This document shows, piece by piece, positions 18,317-28,116 of a DNA stretch of 64,000 bases. Below the pieces are notes generated by a model. It was not told the DNA's origin, did no database searches, and saw only the letters and a program-made list of their open reading frames with translations. The position numbers and the translations under genes were made by a program. The first letter of the stretch is position 1, and each line of letters begins with the position of its first letter. The DNA comes from Myxococcota bacterium (GTDB taxonomy: Bacteria > Myxococcota_A > Polyangia > Nannocystales > Nannocystaceae). The stretch is from the NCBI GenBank assembly GCA_039028615.1, contig JBCCHT010000030.1:92151-156150 (forward strand), read 5' to 3'.

Positions 18317-19018
18317 ATGTTCGACGACCCCACCACGATGAGCTCAGCGGCAGGAGAAGCACTACTGCAGGAAACCGCAGTGGGCTGGGGCGCGTTCACA
18401 AACTTCGAATTCATCGGCCAGATGGCGCTGGTGCTGCTGATCTCGATGCTGCTGTCGGCCGCGATCGCCTATCACCCGTCGTCGCGGCGCAAGGCGTCGA
18501 CCCTCGCCGACTTCGAACAACCCAAGACGTTCATCATGTACGCGATGGTGGGGGCGATCATCGCCCTCATCGTGAAAGTGCAGCCGAGCATGGCCCTGGT
18601 GGTGTTCGGCATCGGTGGCCTGCTTCGCTTTCGGACCTTCGTCGGCGCGGCCAAAGACACCGGGCGTGTAATCTTGGTGACCGTCGTAGGCCTTTGTTGC
18701 GGCCTCGAGCTGTACGTCGTGGCCGTGCTCGGCACCGTGTTCGGCTGGCTCATCATCTTGGCGCTCGAAGGCCGCTCGGTGGGTCGCCTGGTCATCCAGG
18801 GCCTCGAGCGCGAGTCCATCGCCCAAGGGGCGGCCGCGCACGCCAAGCTGCTGGAGGCGGCGGGCTGCGAGATCCTGGGCGAGGAGCGCAACGTCCTCAA
18901 GGGCATCACCGCATTCGTGTATCGAGCCTCACGCGAGATCGATCGCGAGGGACTCGAGGCCGAGTTCGGCAAGCTGCCCCCCGAGCAGCGCGGCGCGATC
19001 CAGTGGGAATCGGCCTAG
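18317..19018 (+). CDS. small membrane protein, DUF4956-like (3-4 TM helices plus soluble C-terminal domain)
   Basis: Hydrophobic helices (MALVLLISMLLSAAIAY, FIMYAMVGAIIALIV, ILVTVVGLCCGLELYVVAVLGTVFGWLIILAL). The conserved-looking LRFRT motif is recalled from DUF4956 proteins. Family assignment is from memory, not a search. Confidence 0.4.
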   Translation: MFDDPTTMSSAAGEALLQETAVGWGAFTNFEFIGQMALVLLISMLLSAAIAYHPSSRRKASTLADFEQPKTFIMYAMVGAIIALIVKVQPSMALVVFGIGGLLRFRTFVGAAKDTGRVILVTVVGLCCGLELYVVAVLGTVFGWLIILALEGRSVGRLVIQGLERESIAQGAAAHAKLLEAAGCEILGEERNVLKGITAFVYRASREIDREGLEAEFGKLPPEQRGAIQWESA

Positions 19019-19025
19019 CGCGGCT

Positions 19026-21116
19026 CTAAAAGTCGTCGGCGGGGTCGCTCAGCGACTCGGCGAGCCGATACAGGTGGTTGCCGAGCGCCTCGTAGGCGCC
19101 GATCACCTCGATCCACCACAACACGTCGCGCTCGTGCCCGCGGTTGTCGGGGAGGCTGGCCAACAGCTTCTCCCGCAGCTCGGCTTCGTTGGTGTTGGTC
19201 TCGATCTCCCGAGCGCGCGCGCTCTCGATGTCCAGCGGCTGCGTGCCTTCCAGCTCGCCCTGGATGGCCGAGATGCTGCCGACCACCAGCACGTGCAGCA
19301 CGGTGAATGCCTCGATGGCTTCGTCGCCGAGCCGATAGTCCTTCTCGAGCCCCCGAGTGCCCAGCGCGAGCAGCTGCTCCAGCGCCTGCTGCATGCGGAT
19401 CACGGTCACGCAGGCCTCGGTCTGCTCGCTCTCGGAGCCCGATGCGACCAGCTCTGCCACCGAGTCCTTGAGCTGCGTCCGCACCTCGGAGATGGCCCGC
19501 TCACCCGCGACGAACGGCGCCCGCTGTCCGGCCCGGAGCGCAGCCAAGGCGGAGCCGAGCGTCTCGCGATTGGAGGCCAAGGCCTGCTGTAGCGCGTCGG
19601 AAGCGAGGGTCTTGGAGTCCTGGCCCTCGTCGGTGGCAGTGGGCCGACGATCGGGGATCGTGCGCTGCAAAAAGACCGCGAGCGGGCGCACTAGGGGCAG
19701 AACCAGCACCACCGCCAGCCCTTGCGCCATCACGTAGGACACCGCCAGGTGGGCCGCCAGGTTGGGCACGAGCACCTTCTTGCCGTAGGCCAGCTCGTTG
19801 GGATCGGTACCCAGCACCAGGCCGCTGAACTCGAGCGCCACCCCGGCCAGCACCAAGAACACCAGCGTGAGCGCGACGGCCAGCCCCACGTGAGCCACCG
19901 CCAAGCGCCGGGCTCTTCGCCCGAAGGGCAGCGCCAGCACGACCGTCCCGAGGCTCATGCCGATGTTCGAGGCCGCCAGCAGCTCGAGCGCTTGGCGAGG
20001 ACCGAGCAACGCCGTCGACTCGCCGATGCCCAGCACGAGCCCGAAGATCGCCCCCGGAGCCTGAAGCAGGACGCCCAGCACGGTACCGGCCAGCATCCGG
20101 GTGAGCCCGCCCGTCATCCCACTTTCGCGCAGGGCCCCCAGGTACGGCAGCACGTCGGGATCGCCGACGAAGGGCTCGAACCCGGAGCGCACGATACCCA
20201 GCCCGTGCAGCACCAGACCGACGCCCAGCACCGCCATTCCGAGCGACTCGCCCCGGCCCCGTCGAGACAGCGTCACGATGAGCGTACCTGCGGCCACCAG
20301 CCACAGCGACTCCCGCGAGATGCCGAGCGGAAGCACCACGATGGCCACGCCCGCGCCGATATGAGCCCCCATGAGCACGAAGAGCGCCCGTCGGAAGTTC
20401 AGCAGTCGAGTCTTGAGCAGGCCCAGCACGAAGGCCACCGCAGAGACGATCGACTGGCCGATACCGCCCAGCAGCGCCCCGAAGCCGAGCCCGCGGGCGA
20501 TGCCGCGAGTCCAGCCTCCGATGGTTGCGCGCGCGGGATGACCCGCCTGACCCCGGAGACCGCGGGCCAGCGTGCGTAGACCAAAAATCAATAGCGCGAG
20601 GCCGCCGACCAGATTCCGCAGCAATCGGCGGATCCGGCGGGGCTTGACCCGGATGTCCTTGGGCTTGCTGCGACGATCGCCCTGAAACAGCCGCACCTTG
20701 GCCTGCCCGGGGCTCATCTCCGTCGGCACGCGGGCCACGAGCTGCTCCGGCCCCCGGTGGAGGATTTCGGCGGACTCCTTGGCGATCTCGATCCGCACCG
20801 TGGCGCGCTCGGCCTCGCTCAGGTGGCTGTGATGCACCACCACCGTCGAGCCCGCATAGGCCTCCGCCGGCTTGATCGACGTGATCCGCAGCTTGCCGTC
20901 CGCCCGCTGGGTTGGCGCCGACGTCGTCTCGGAGGCCTTGGGCGTGGACTCACCATCGCCCCACATGGAGGCAACCAGCAGCACGGCGACGATCACCCAC
21001 CAGCCGAGGATGCGAAAGCCCCGACCCTTGGCCAAACGCAGCGGCGAAGCCGACTGGGTCTGCAAGGGCTCGTCATCCACTGCGACTCGATAACACGGCG
21101 CGGGAGGAGCCGTCAT
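19026..21116 (-). CDS. Na+/phosphate cotransporter family protein with C-terminal PhoU-like domain
   Basis: Multi-pass membrane domain with duplicated motifs GAHIGAGV and ASNIGMSLGT. The C-terminal helical domain resembles PhoU. An N-terminal ~170-aa extension has one TM segment. Confidence 0.55.
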   Translation of the reverse strand: MTAPPAPCYRVAVDDEPLQTQSASPLRLAKGRGFRILGWWVIVAVLLVASMWGDGESTPKASETTSAPTQRADGKLRITSIKPAEAYAGSTVVVHHSHLSEAERATVRIEIAKESAEILHRGPEQLVARVPTEMSPGQAKVRLFQGDRRSKPKDIRVKPRRIRRLLRNLVGGLALLIFGLRTLARGLRGQAGHPARATIGGWTRGIARGLGFGALLGGIGQSIVSAVAFVLGLLKTRLLNFRRALFVLMGAHIGAGVAIVVLPLGISRESLWLVAAGTLIVTLSRRGRGESLGMAVLGVGLVLHGLGIVRSGFEPFVGDPDVLPYLGALRESGMTGGLTRMLAGTVLGVLLQAPGAIFGLVLGIGESTALLGPRQALELLAASNIGMSLGTVVLALPFGRRARRLAVAHVGLAVALTLVFLVLAGVALEFSGLVLGTDPNELAYGKKVLVPNLAAHLAVSYVMAQGLAVVLVLPLVRPLAVFLQRTIPDRRPTATDEGQDSKTLASDALQQALASNRETLGSALAALRAGQRAPFVAGERAISEVRTQLKDSVAELVASGSESEQTEACVTVIRMQQALEQLLALGTRGLEKDYRLGDEAIEAFTVLHVLVVGSISAIQGELEGTQPLDIESARAREIETNTNEAELREKLLASLPDNRGHERDVLWWIEVIGAYEALGNHLYRLAESLSDPADDF

Positions 21117-21192
21117 GACGCGGACGGCGAATGCCCTTTATACTCGGTTTACACTCCGGCAGTACCATCCCGAACCGGTTCCGTGCCTCCAT

Positions 21193-22878
21193 ATGACTAA
21201 CGAGAAGACCTTGGCGGGAAATCAACGACAACAACCTTCACTGAAGGCACAAGCAGGTCGAGTCATCGCAGTCGAGGGCCTCGACGGCGCCGGAAAATCC
21301 ACGGTCATTGCCGTTCTCGCCAAGCGCCTGCGCGAAGCCGGGTGCCCGGTGTTCCTGCCGCGGACGGGCAAGGACCCCACGTCTCGCCCCGCGCGGATGA
21401 TCCGAAACCTCACCCGCGAGCGGCTCAACCTCGACCTCATTCCTCGGGCCGAGCTCGCGCTCTATGCGGCCCGCGAGGCCCAGATCCTGTCGGAACAAGT
21501 CCGTCCTGCGGTCGCCTCGGGACACGCCGTCCTGCTCGATCGCTCGATGTTGACCCCGGTCGTGCTCGGGAGCTACGGCCGCGGCATTCCGCTCGCCGAC
21601 TGCGAAGCCATTGCCCAGGCGGCCAGCGCTGGCCTCAACCCCGACGTCACCATCATCCTCGACGTACACCCTCGTACCAGTCGGCTGCGCAAGCGACTGG
21701 GTCGCGCCCGCAACCCCACCGTTCGCAATCCATCGCGCAAGGGGCTCTCGGGGTCGGGCCTCAAGGAGCGCCAGTGGGCGGGGTATCGCGAGGTCGCGGC
21801 CGAGCGCGGGTATCTGCTCTTCCACACCGAGCGCATCGACCCGAGCGAGCTGGCCGACCGCGTCACGCAGGCGCTGGCCACCGGGTCCCCGCCTTCGGAC
21901 TTCGAGCAGCCGGGTGACGGCACTCCGCGGTGGATGGTCGATCCCGGGCTGTCCTTCGAGGCTGCGCTCGAGCAGGTGCCCGAAGACCTCGCGCTGTACA
22001 TGACGCGGGGACTCATCGCCGGCCGTGAGCGACGACGCGCCGCCGTCGAGCGCGAGCCCCGGCTCGTAGCGTGGGCCCTCGATCCCGAAGATCCGCTCGG
22101 CCCCGGCCTCGCCGAGACCGACGCCAAGCGGGTCTTCTCGGGCTGGATCCGCAAGCCCTTGTCGGGCCCCGATGATCTACGTGTACGGCTGGCCACCAAG
22201 GAACCCGCTGCGGTGGCCTCCTCGCTCCGGCACAACCTCAGCCCTGAAGCCGACGCGCTTCGCACCCAGCTGGCCGAAGCCGCGCCCGGCGAGGTCATCG
22301 AGAGCCTGGCCGGTCGTGAGGATGCGTTCGCCACCCAGCTGCGCGCGCGCTTGTGGAGCCAAGCCACCGTGACCCAAGCCGCCAACAGCCTGGTGCGATG
22401 CGAGGGCAAAGAGGCCTGGACGCAGCGCAACGAGCTGTTCGAGCGCGACCCCGCGATGGCGCTCAAGAGCGTCCGGGGCCTCAGCGACGCCGAGACCCAC
22501 CGCTTGCTCGCCCGCTATTCCACCCAGGCGCCCAAGTCGGTGTTGCGAGCGCTCACCAGCAACGGCACCGACTTCGCCCATGATCTGCGCCGCCAGTTGG
22601 TCAATACTGGGCGAGAGGTGATCGACAGCGTGGGCCTTCTCGCAGACGAAGCATCGATGAAGCTCCGCGAAGAGCACGTCGAGACCTGGCCTTCGTCGGT
22701 GCTCGGAAGCATGACCCACCTGTCTACGGAGCCCGGCGTCGCGGAGCTGCTGGCTCGAGCCACGGACGCGGGCGCGGGAGACCTCCATGTCCTGCGCCAG
22801 CTCCAAGCCCGCAAGGAACGCGAGCTGCGCCCCGAGTGGAAGCGCACCCGCGACTCCGACGAAGACGTCGAGGATTGA
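21193..22878 (+). CDS. tmk: thymidylate kinase-like P-loop kinase fused to a ~370-aa C-terminal HEAT-like helical repeat domain
   Basis: AVEGLDGAGKST P-loop, a DRS region (AVLLDRSMLTPVVLGSYG) and a LID-like PDVTIILDVHPRTSRLRKRLG. These align collinearly with E. coli Tmk. A long helical C-terminal extension follows. Confidence 0.65.
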   Translation: MTNEKTLAGNQRQQPSLKAQAGRVIAVEGLDGAGKSTVIAVLAKRLREAGCPVFLPRTGKDPTSRPARMIRNLTRERLNLDLIPRAELALYAAREAQILSEQVRPAVASGHAVLLDRSMLTPVVLGSYGRGIPLADCEAIAQAASAGLNPDVTIILDVHPRTSRLRKRLGRARNPTVRNPSRKGLSGSGLKERQWAGYREVAAERGYLLFHTERIDPSELADRVTQALATGSPPSDFEQPGDGTPRWMVDPGLSFEAALEQVPEDLALYMTRGLIAGRERRRAAVEREPRLVAWALDPEDPLGPGLAETDAKRVFSGWIRKPLSGPDDLRVRLATKEPAAVASSLRHNLSPEADALRTQLAEAAPGEVIESLAGREDAFATQLRARLWSQATVTQAANSLVRCEGKEAWTQRNELFERDPAMALKSVRGLSDAETHRLLARYSTQAPKSVLRALTSNGTDFAHDLRRQLVNTGREVIDSVGLLADEASMKLREEHVETWPSSVLGSMTHLSTEPGVAELLARATDAGAGDLHVLRQLQARKERELRPEWKRTRDSDEDVED

Positions 22879-22880
22879 TC

Positions 22881-23588
22881 ATGAAGACCATCGCTCATTG
22901 CTTATTGGCCGCCCTTCCGACCCTGGCTCTGCCCGCGTGCAACCAATCCGACCCCGGGAGCGAGTCGGCCGACACCGGGAATGCCGACGGTGCCACCGAC
23001 TCCGAGCCCGCCATGCTCGAGGGCGACTACTTTCCCCTGGTGGACGGGGCCACGTGGACCTATCGCCACGTCGCGTCCGACGGCACCACGTGGGACGAGA
23101 TCGTGCAGATGCGGCAGGTGACCTTCGACGGCGCCGCTGCGTTCGAGATCGAGGACAACGCGGGCAACAACGGTGAGAACACCATCAGCACGCTGGTCGA
23201 CATGGGCGGGCAGGTCATGCGGGTGCACAAAGAGGTGCTGCTCGCCGGCACCCAGGTGATGACCGTCGACTACGCCCCGGGCTTCTTGCGCTTCAACAAC
23301 GGCTGGAGCTCCGACGAGCGTACCGACTGGTTCTACGACCGCACCGAGTACGACGACATGGCCGCCGTCACCGACCAGGCCGAGCGACATCAGATCTTCC
23401 AGCTCGAGTCGCTGTCGACCGAGGTCACCGTGCCCGCGGGTACCTTCGACTGCGTGCAGTTTCTGCGGACGCGCGGCGACACGGGCGAGTCCAAGCGGTT
23501 TTGGTTCGCCGAGGGCATCGGCAAGATCAAGCACGAGACGCTGAGCACCGGTTCGGTCGAAGAGCTCGCGGAGTATCAGATTCCTTGA
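22881..23588 (+). CDS. lipoprotein, unknown function
   Basis: MKTIAHCLLAALPTLALPAC lipobox. ATG lies 2 nt after the tmk-like stop. Confidence 0.55.
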   Translation: MKTIAHCLLAALPTLALPACNQSDPGSESADTGNADGATDSEPAMLEGDYFPLVDGATWTYRHVASDGTTWDEIVQMRQVTFDGAAAFEIEDNAGNNGENTISTLVDMGGQVMRVHKEVLLAGTQVMTVDYAPGFLRFNNGWSSDERTDWFYDRTEYDDMAAVTDQAERHQIFQLESLSTEVTVPAGTFDCVQFLRTRGDTGESKRFWFAEGIGKIKHETLSTGSVEELAEYQIP

Positions 23589-24445
23589 GCGCGTCCCTCA
23601 GCGCGGACGAGCGGCTGACCGCCAACCGGAGCGAGCTCAAGTACCGCATCTCCGTGCCTCAGGCGCGGGCCATCGCCAAGGTCTTCGATGAGCGGCTCGA
23701 GCGACATCGCTTCACCGGGCCGGGGGCCAACCGCCTGCCCGGGGCGCGGCACTACGTCACCACCGTCTACTTCGACACCGCCGACGGCCGGCTCTTCGCC
23801 GATGCACAGGCCCAGGCCGGCAGCCTGAAGGTCCGCGCCAAGGAGTACTACGACCAGCACGTGGCGCTCACCGAGGTCGCCCGCGATCGCTCGGCGCTGT
23901 TCCGTGCCTCACCCGTGCTGTGGGTCGAGCTCAAGGAGACCTCGGGCCATCGCTCGGGCAAGCGTCGCATCGGCATCCCCAAGCGCGACATCAACAGCTT
24001 CTTCGCCCACGGCACGATCACCGAGGAGCTGCTCGAGATCCAACGCCGCGAGTACGGCGAAGACGCCAGCAAGGTCATCGACGCCCTGCGCGAGGTGTGC
24101 CTGCGCTTCGACAGCCCCCTGCGCGCCAGCGCCTTGGTCAACTATCGCCGCTCCGCCTGGCAGGGCGAGGGGCAGACGGTGCGCGTCACCATCGATCGCA
24201 ACCTCGCGTTCTTCGCCCCGCCCCACGACCTGTGGGAGTCCGCGCCCGGGCTCGAGCGCAACTTGCTGGGTCCCGCGGTGGGCGAAGAGCAGGGCTGCGT
24301 CCTCGAGGTCAAGAGCGTCGGGCCCCTGCCCGCGTGGCTCGTGGACACGCTGCGAGCCGAGGACGCCGCGCCCGCGCGCTTCAGCAAATTCGTCGCCGCA
24401 TCCAGTGCGGTCGCTTCGGCCGCCAACGGAAGTCACCCTTCATGA
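23585..24445 (+). CDS. VTC domain (CYTH/triphosphate-tunnel, polyphosphate-polymerase-like) protein
   Basis: SELKYRISVPQA, VTTVYFDT, LKVRAKEYY, LWVELKETSG, TVRVTIDRNLAFF, VLEVKSVG: alternating charged beta-strands of a TTM tunnel as in VTC domains. TTG start overlaps the upstream stop (TTGA). Confidence 0.5.
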   Translation: MSASLSADERLTANRSELKYRISVPQARAIAKVFDERLERHRFTGPGANRLPGARHYVTTVYFDTADGRLFADAQAQAGSLKVRAKEYYDQHVALTEVARDRSALFRASPVLWVELKETSGHRSGKRRIGIPKRDINSFFAHGTITEELLEIQRREYGEDASKVIDALREVCLRFDSPLRASALVNYRRSAWQGEGQTVRVTIDRNLAFFAPPHDLWESAPGLERNLLGPAVGEEQGCVLEVKSVGPLPAWLVDTLRAEDAAPARFSKFVAASSAVASAANGSHPS

Positions 24446-25806
24446 TCGTCTCCTGGTCCATCGCGCTGACCCTCGGCCTCGCCCCCGCGGCACCCGAGTC
24501 CCCCTCGGCCCCTACCGAAGACGCCGCGCCCGAGTCCTCGACCGCCGCCCAAGACCCGGCGCCTGCCGACGAGACTCCCGCCGCCGAGCCCACCGAAGCC
24601 GAGGCCCCGAGCGACACCACGGCAACCACCGAGGAGCCTCCCGCCGAAGCATCGCCGCCCGCCGAGACCGAACAGCCGCCCGAGACCGCCGAGACGACGG
24701 AGGTCGCGAGCGCCGAGGCCACGGTCTCGACCGCCGAGCCCGAGCCCGACCCCGAGACCTCGGACGTCGCCGATGACGACGACGCGTGGTCCGACGAGCC
24801 CGGGGAAGACGACGACGGCGGCAAGAAAAAGAAGGGCAAGAAGAAGAACAAGCTCTCGTTCAAGATCGCCGGCCGCGTCATGGCGGGCTGGGAGACCGAC
24901 AACAAGCGCCCCTCCGAAGAACAGACCGCCACCGCCGGGTGGGCCAACGAGTTCTTCCTGCGGCAGGCGCGGGTCAAGCTGGGCATCGACTACGCGAAGA
25001 TCTTCCGGCTGCGCATGAGCATCGAGCTGGCCGACGCGCTCAAGAACTTCAACGTCGACCGCATCTCCTACCTGCGCAACGGCTACGCGGAGGCCCGCTT
25101 CCACAAGACGGCGCGCCTGCGCTTCGGCTACTTCAAGCGCCCCTTCTCGCGCCTCGAGCTGCGCAGCCCCACCGACCTGCCCTTCCGCGGTCGCGGCCTG
25201 GCCAACGACCGCATCATCGAGGACCGCAACTACGGCGACCGCTCCGTGGGCGGCATGCTGCACGGCAAGATCGACGCCGCCCGCCTGCGCTACGCGGTCG
25301 GTGTGTTCGCGCCCGCCCGCAGCACCGAGGGCGTCGACGCGGTCGCTCGCCTCACCGCCAAGCCCTGGAAGTGGCTGTCGATCGGCGCGGGCGGCCTGTA
25401 CAAGCGCGTCGAGAACGGCACGGGCGACAAGGTCGACGTGGGCGCCGCGGGGGCCGACTTCCGCGTCAAGTACAAGGGCTTCCAGTTCCTCGGCGACTTC
25501 ATCATGGGTCGCGACTACCTGGTGCCCGGCGAGCCCTGGTCGCTCGGCATCGTGGGCTACACCACCTACGACATCGACCTGCCCAAGAAGTTCACCCTGC
25601 AGCCCGTCGTGCTCGCGGAGTGGACCGACATCGACATCGGCGTCAGCCAGAACGACGCGGTGCGGGCGGTGGCCGGCGTGAACCTGCTGTGGCGCAAGCG
25701 CTTCCGCATCATGCCGCAGGCCGAGTTCATCCGACCGATGGGCGTCATCGGCAATCCCTTCGTCGAGAAGGACACCTACTACGTGATGCTCGCGATCAGC
25801 CTCTGA
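24442..25806 (+). CDS. putative outer-membrane beta-barrel (phosphate-selective porin O/P-like) with acidic Pro/Glu/Thr-rich N-terminal region and poly-Lys segment
   Basis: ATG overlaps the VTC stop (ATGA). Weak signal peptide MIVSWSIALTLGLA, then low-complexity PAETEQPPETAETTE and GGKKKKGKKKNK. The final ~330 aa have amphipathic beta-strand periodicity and end in YYVMLAISL. Confidence 0.4.
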   Translation: MIVSWSIALTLGLAPAAPESPSAPTEDAAPESSTAAQDPAPADETPAAEPTEAEAPSDTTATTEEPPAEASPPAETEQPPETAETTEVASAEATVSTAEPEPDPETSDVADDDDAWSDEPGEDDDGGKKKKGKKKNKLSFKIAGRVMAGWETDNKRPSEEQTATAGWANEFFLRQARVKLGIDYAKIFRLRMSIELADALKNFNVDRISYLRNGYAEARFHKTARLRFGYFKRPFSRLELRSPTDLPFRGRGLANDRIIEDRNYGDRSVGGMLHGKIDAARLRYAVGVFAPARSTEGVDAVARLTAKPWKWLSIGAGGLYKRVENGTGDKVDVGAAGADFRVKYKGFQFLGDFIMGRDYLVPGEPWSLGIVGYTTYDIDLPKKFTLQPVVLAEWTDIDIGVSQNDAVRAVAGVNLLWRKRFRIMPQAEFIRPMGVIGNPFVEKDTYYVMLAISL

Positions 25807-25940
25807 GCCTGATGGGCACAGACGCTGGCGGACGCCGTCGACATCGCGCCCCGCCCTTTGCCGGGCGGGGCTGATCTTTTTTCGGGAGAAGCGGGAACGC
25901 TTCGGCGCGGGGTGGAACCACCGCGATCGAAGACCCCGAG

Positions 25941-26900
25941 ATGCCACGACTACCCCGCTTTCGATCCATCGCACTCGCCGCCATCGTCTCCACGGCGAGC
26001 TGCATCAGCATCACCGAGATGATCACCTTCCACGACAAGGACGACGCTCTGGTGCTCAACTCCAACGTCGCCGTCCTGGAAAACCCGACCGGCGACAACT
26101 TGGTGATCATCGCCGAGGGCCGGGACACGATCGTCGTGGACGACGAAGACGGCCACCTGCCCGCGCCGCTTTCTTACGCCCTCGACTTCGACATCAAGGT
26201 GATGGCCCCCGGCCCCAACCGCGAGCTGTGGGCGCTGGACACGAGCCACAACGTCCACCGCCTGCGCTTTGCCTCCAACGGGACCCTGCTGAGCTCGGAT
26301 GAGCTGTTTGCCGTCGACGAGAGCGAAGACATCGCGGTCGCCAGCGACGGCGGCTCGATCTACGTGATCGACGACCACCAAGCCCACCGCTACGCGCTCA
26401 ACGGCCTCCAGCTCGCCAGCGTCGCGATCAACCGCGCGGGTGCGTTCCCCCTGCCCCCGAGCACGCAGCGCATCGCGGTGGATCACCACACCGGCTTCGT
26501 CTACACGGCGGAGACCGACTGGGTGAGCTACGGCGGCCCCTGGTACAAGGCCGTGCGCGTGGTCCGAATGAACGCCGATCTCTCGTCGGCCAACGCGACG
26601 AACTCGGTGTTCACCGACAGCCGCACTCACCTCGTCGACTTCGAGATCGCCGACGGCACCCGCGTCTGGGAGCGCTCCAACGGCGGCAGCTCGGGTCTGC
26701 TGCAGATCGAAAACAGCGGCGAGATCCGAGACGAACAGGTCGTCCACCACATCAGCGGCATGCGGGCGGGCTCGCTCAGCACGGCCGGCGTGCACACCAG
26801 CTTCGGACCTTGCGGCGGCTCCGAGGGCGCCTACCTGTGGCGCTCGCGGACCAGCCTGCCCGTGGCGATGCTCGAGCGCCGCACCGTCTGCGCGGACTGA
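25941..26900 (+). CDS. lipoprotein, unknown function
   Basis: MPRLPRFRSIALAAIVSTASC lipobox, followed by a ~300-aa domain with no recognised motifs. Confidence 0.5.
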   Translation: MPRLPRFRSIALAAIVSTASCISITEMITFHDKDDALVLNSNVAVLENPTGDNLVIIAEGRDTIVVDDEDGHLPAPLSYALDFDIKVMAPGPNRELWALDTSHNVHRLRFASNGTLLSSDELFAVDESEDIAVASDGGSIYVIDDHQAHRYALNGLQLASVAINRAGAFPLPPSTQRIAVDHHTGFVYTAETDWVSYGGPWYKAVRVVRMNADLSSANATNSVFTDSRTHLVDFEIADGTRVWERSNGGSSGLLQIENSGEIRDEQVVHHISGMRAGSLSTAGVHTSFGPCGGSEGAYLWRSRTSLPVAMLERRTVCAD

Positions 26901-26912
26901 GCCCCTCCCGCT

Positions 26913-27914
26913 TCAGTGAACGTGCGCCGCGGAGGCGAACTCGGGTGCGAGCACGTCCGGGCTCGCCGTCATGTCGCCCGAAAGCTCCGCGGTGTACAGG
27001 CGCACAAACGCCGAGAGGATGTTCTGGTCGAAGCCGTGCCAGTCGCCGTAGCGTTGGTGCAGCTCGTCGTAGAAGCGCCCGAAGGCCTCCGCCGTGTCGT
27101 CGCGATGCGTGTGGAGGTTGCCTTCGGTCCAGCCATAGTCGGCAAAGATCGTGCGAGCGGTACTCCATGCGTCCTCGAGCATGGCCACGGTGTTGCGAAA
27201 GTCCTGCTTGCTGCCGTAGCCGAAGTGGCTGGCCACGAAGGTCTCGAAGGGCAGCGCATCGAGCTTGGCCATGACCCCAAAGTACGCCCGCAGGGGCACC
27301 GCCGGAGCGCCTCCCAACAGCACCACATTGGGGGCCAGGGTATCCGGCGCGTACAGCAGCCCCTCCTGCGGTAGATACAGAGCGTAGAGCGTCGCCGAGT
27401 GGGCCGCGCTGGTATCGACCAGCTCGATCTGTACGCCGCCGATCTCGAGGGTCGGCTCCCCCGTCACGTAGCGGGTGGGCGTCGCCAGCTCGCGCGGTGC
27501 CGCCTCAGCCCAGAAATGCGGTGCATCCTCGTGGACGAGGATCTGTGTGGGGCTCAGTTCGGCCGCGCCGCCCACGTGATCGAGGTGATAGTGCGAGTAG
27601 ATGACGGTGTGCACCGGATCGTCGATGCCTGCCCGTCGCAGCGCATCGAGCAGCGCCCGCGTATAGCTCGGTCCAAACGTATCGCTCACCACCAGCCCTT
27701 CATCGGTGCGGATCACGATCCCGCGCTCCCAGTGATGGGAGAAAGTGTACACGCGTTCGGTGAGCTGCTCGAGGCCCGAGTTCGAGGTCTCGTGGTCGAA
27801 GTAGTCCACTTGCCCCTCGATCGCCTTGGTCATGACGAAGCGCTTGGCGTTGCAGCCGACGGTCGACATGGCGAGACAGAGCGGAACGACGGTGGTCCAG
27901 CGGGTGAGCATGGA
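26913..27914 (-). CDS. lipoprotein metallo-beta-lactamase-fold hydrolase
   Basis: MLTRWTTVVPLCLAMSTVGC lipobox. MBL motif VIYSHYHLDHVGG. Alternative ATG starts lie upstream, to 27965. Confidence 0.65.
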   Translation of the reverse strand, partial: SMLTRWTTVVPLCLAMSTVGCNAKRFVMTKAIEGQVDYFDHETSNSGLEQLTERVYTFSHHWERGIVIRTDEGLVVSDTFGPSYTRALLDALRRAGIDDPVHTVIYSHYHLDHVGGAAELSPTQILVHEDAPHFWAEAAPRELATPTRYVTGEPTLEIGGVQIELVDTSAAHSATLYALYLPQEGLLYAPDTLAPNVVLLGGAPAVPLRAYFGVMAKLDALPFETFVASHFGYGSKQDFRNTVAMLEDAWSTARTIFADYGWTEGNLHTHRDDTAEAFGRFYDELHQRYGDWHGFDQNILSAFVRLYTAELSGDMTASPDVLAPEFASAAHVH

Positions 27915-28116
27915 CCCAACCTGCGCGCCGCCCTGCACCGCAGCCATGACCCGCGAGGTCATGATTTTCACGCAATTTCTCGATTTCGGCACTTTGGACC
28001 GAGCTCCGCCAAACGGCTCCAATGACACGGTCGCGGACGAAGGTCACTCACGGCGACGCAGCACGCTTTGCTCGATCCGAGCGCGGGGCCGGGGTGTCTC
28101 GACAGGTGTGGATCCC

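Noticed and set aside
23920-24441. N-terminal 174 codons of the track ORF 23920..25806
   Set aside because: This segment overlaps the VTC-domain gene in another frame and is Arg/Gly-rich. The real start is the ATG at 24442, which overlaps the VTC stop (ATGA) and gives a signal-peptide-like N-terminus.
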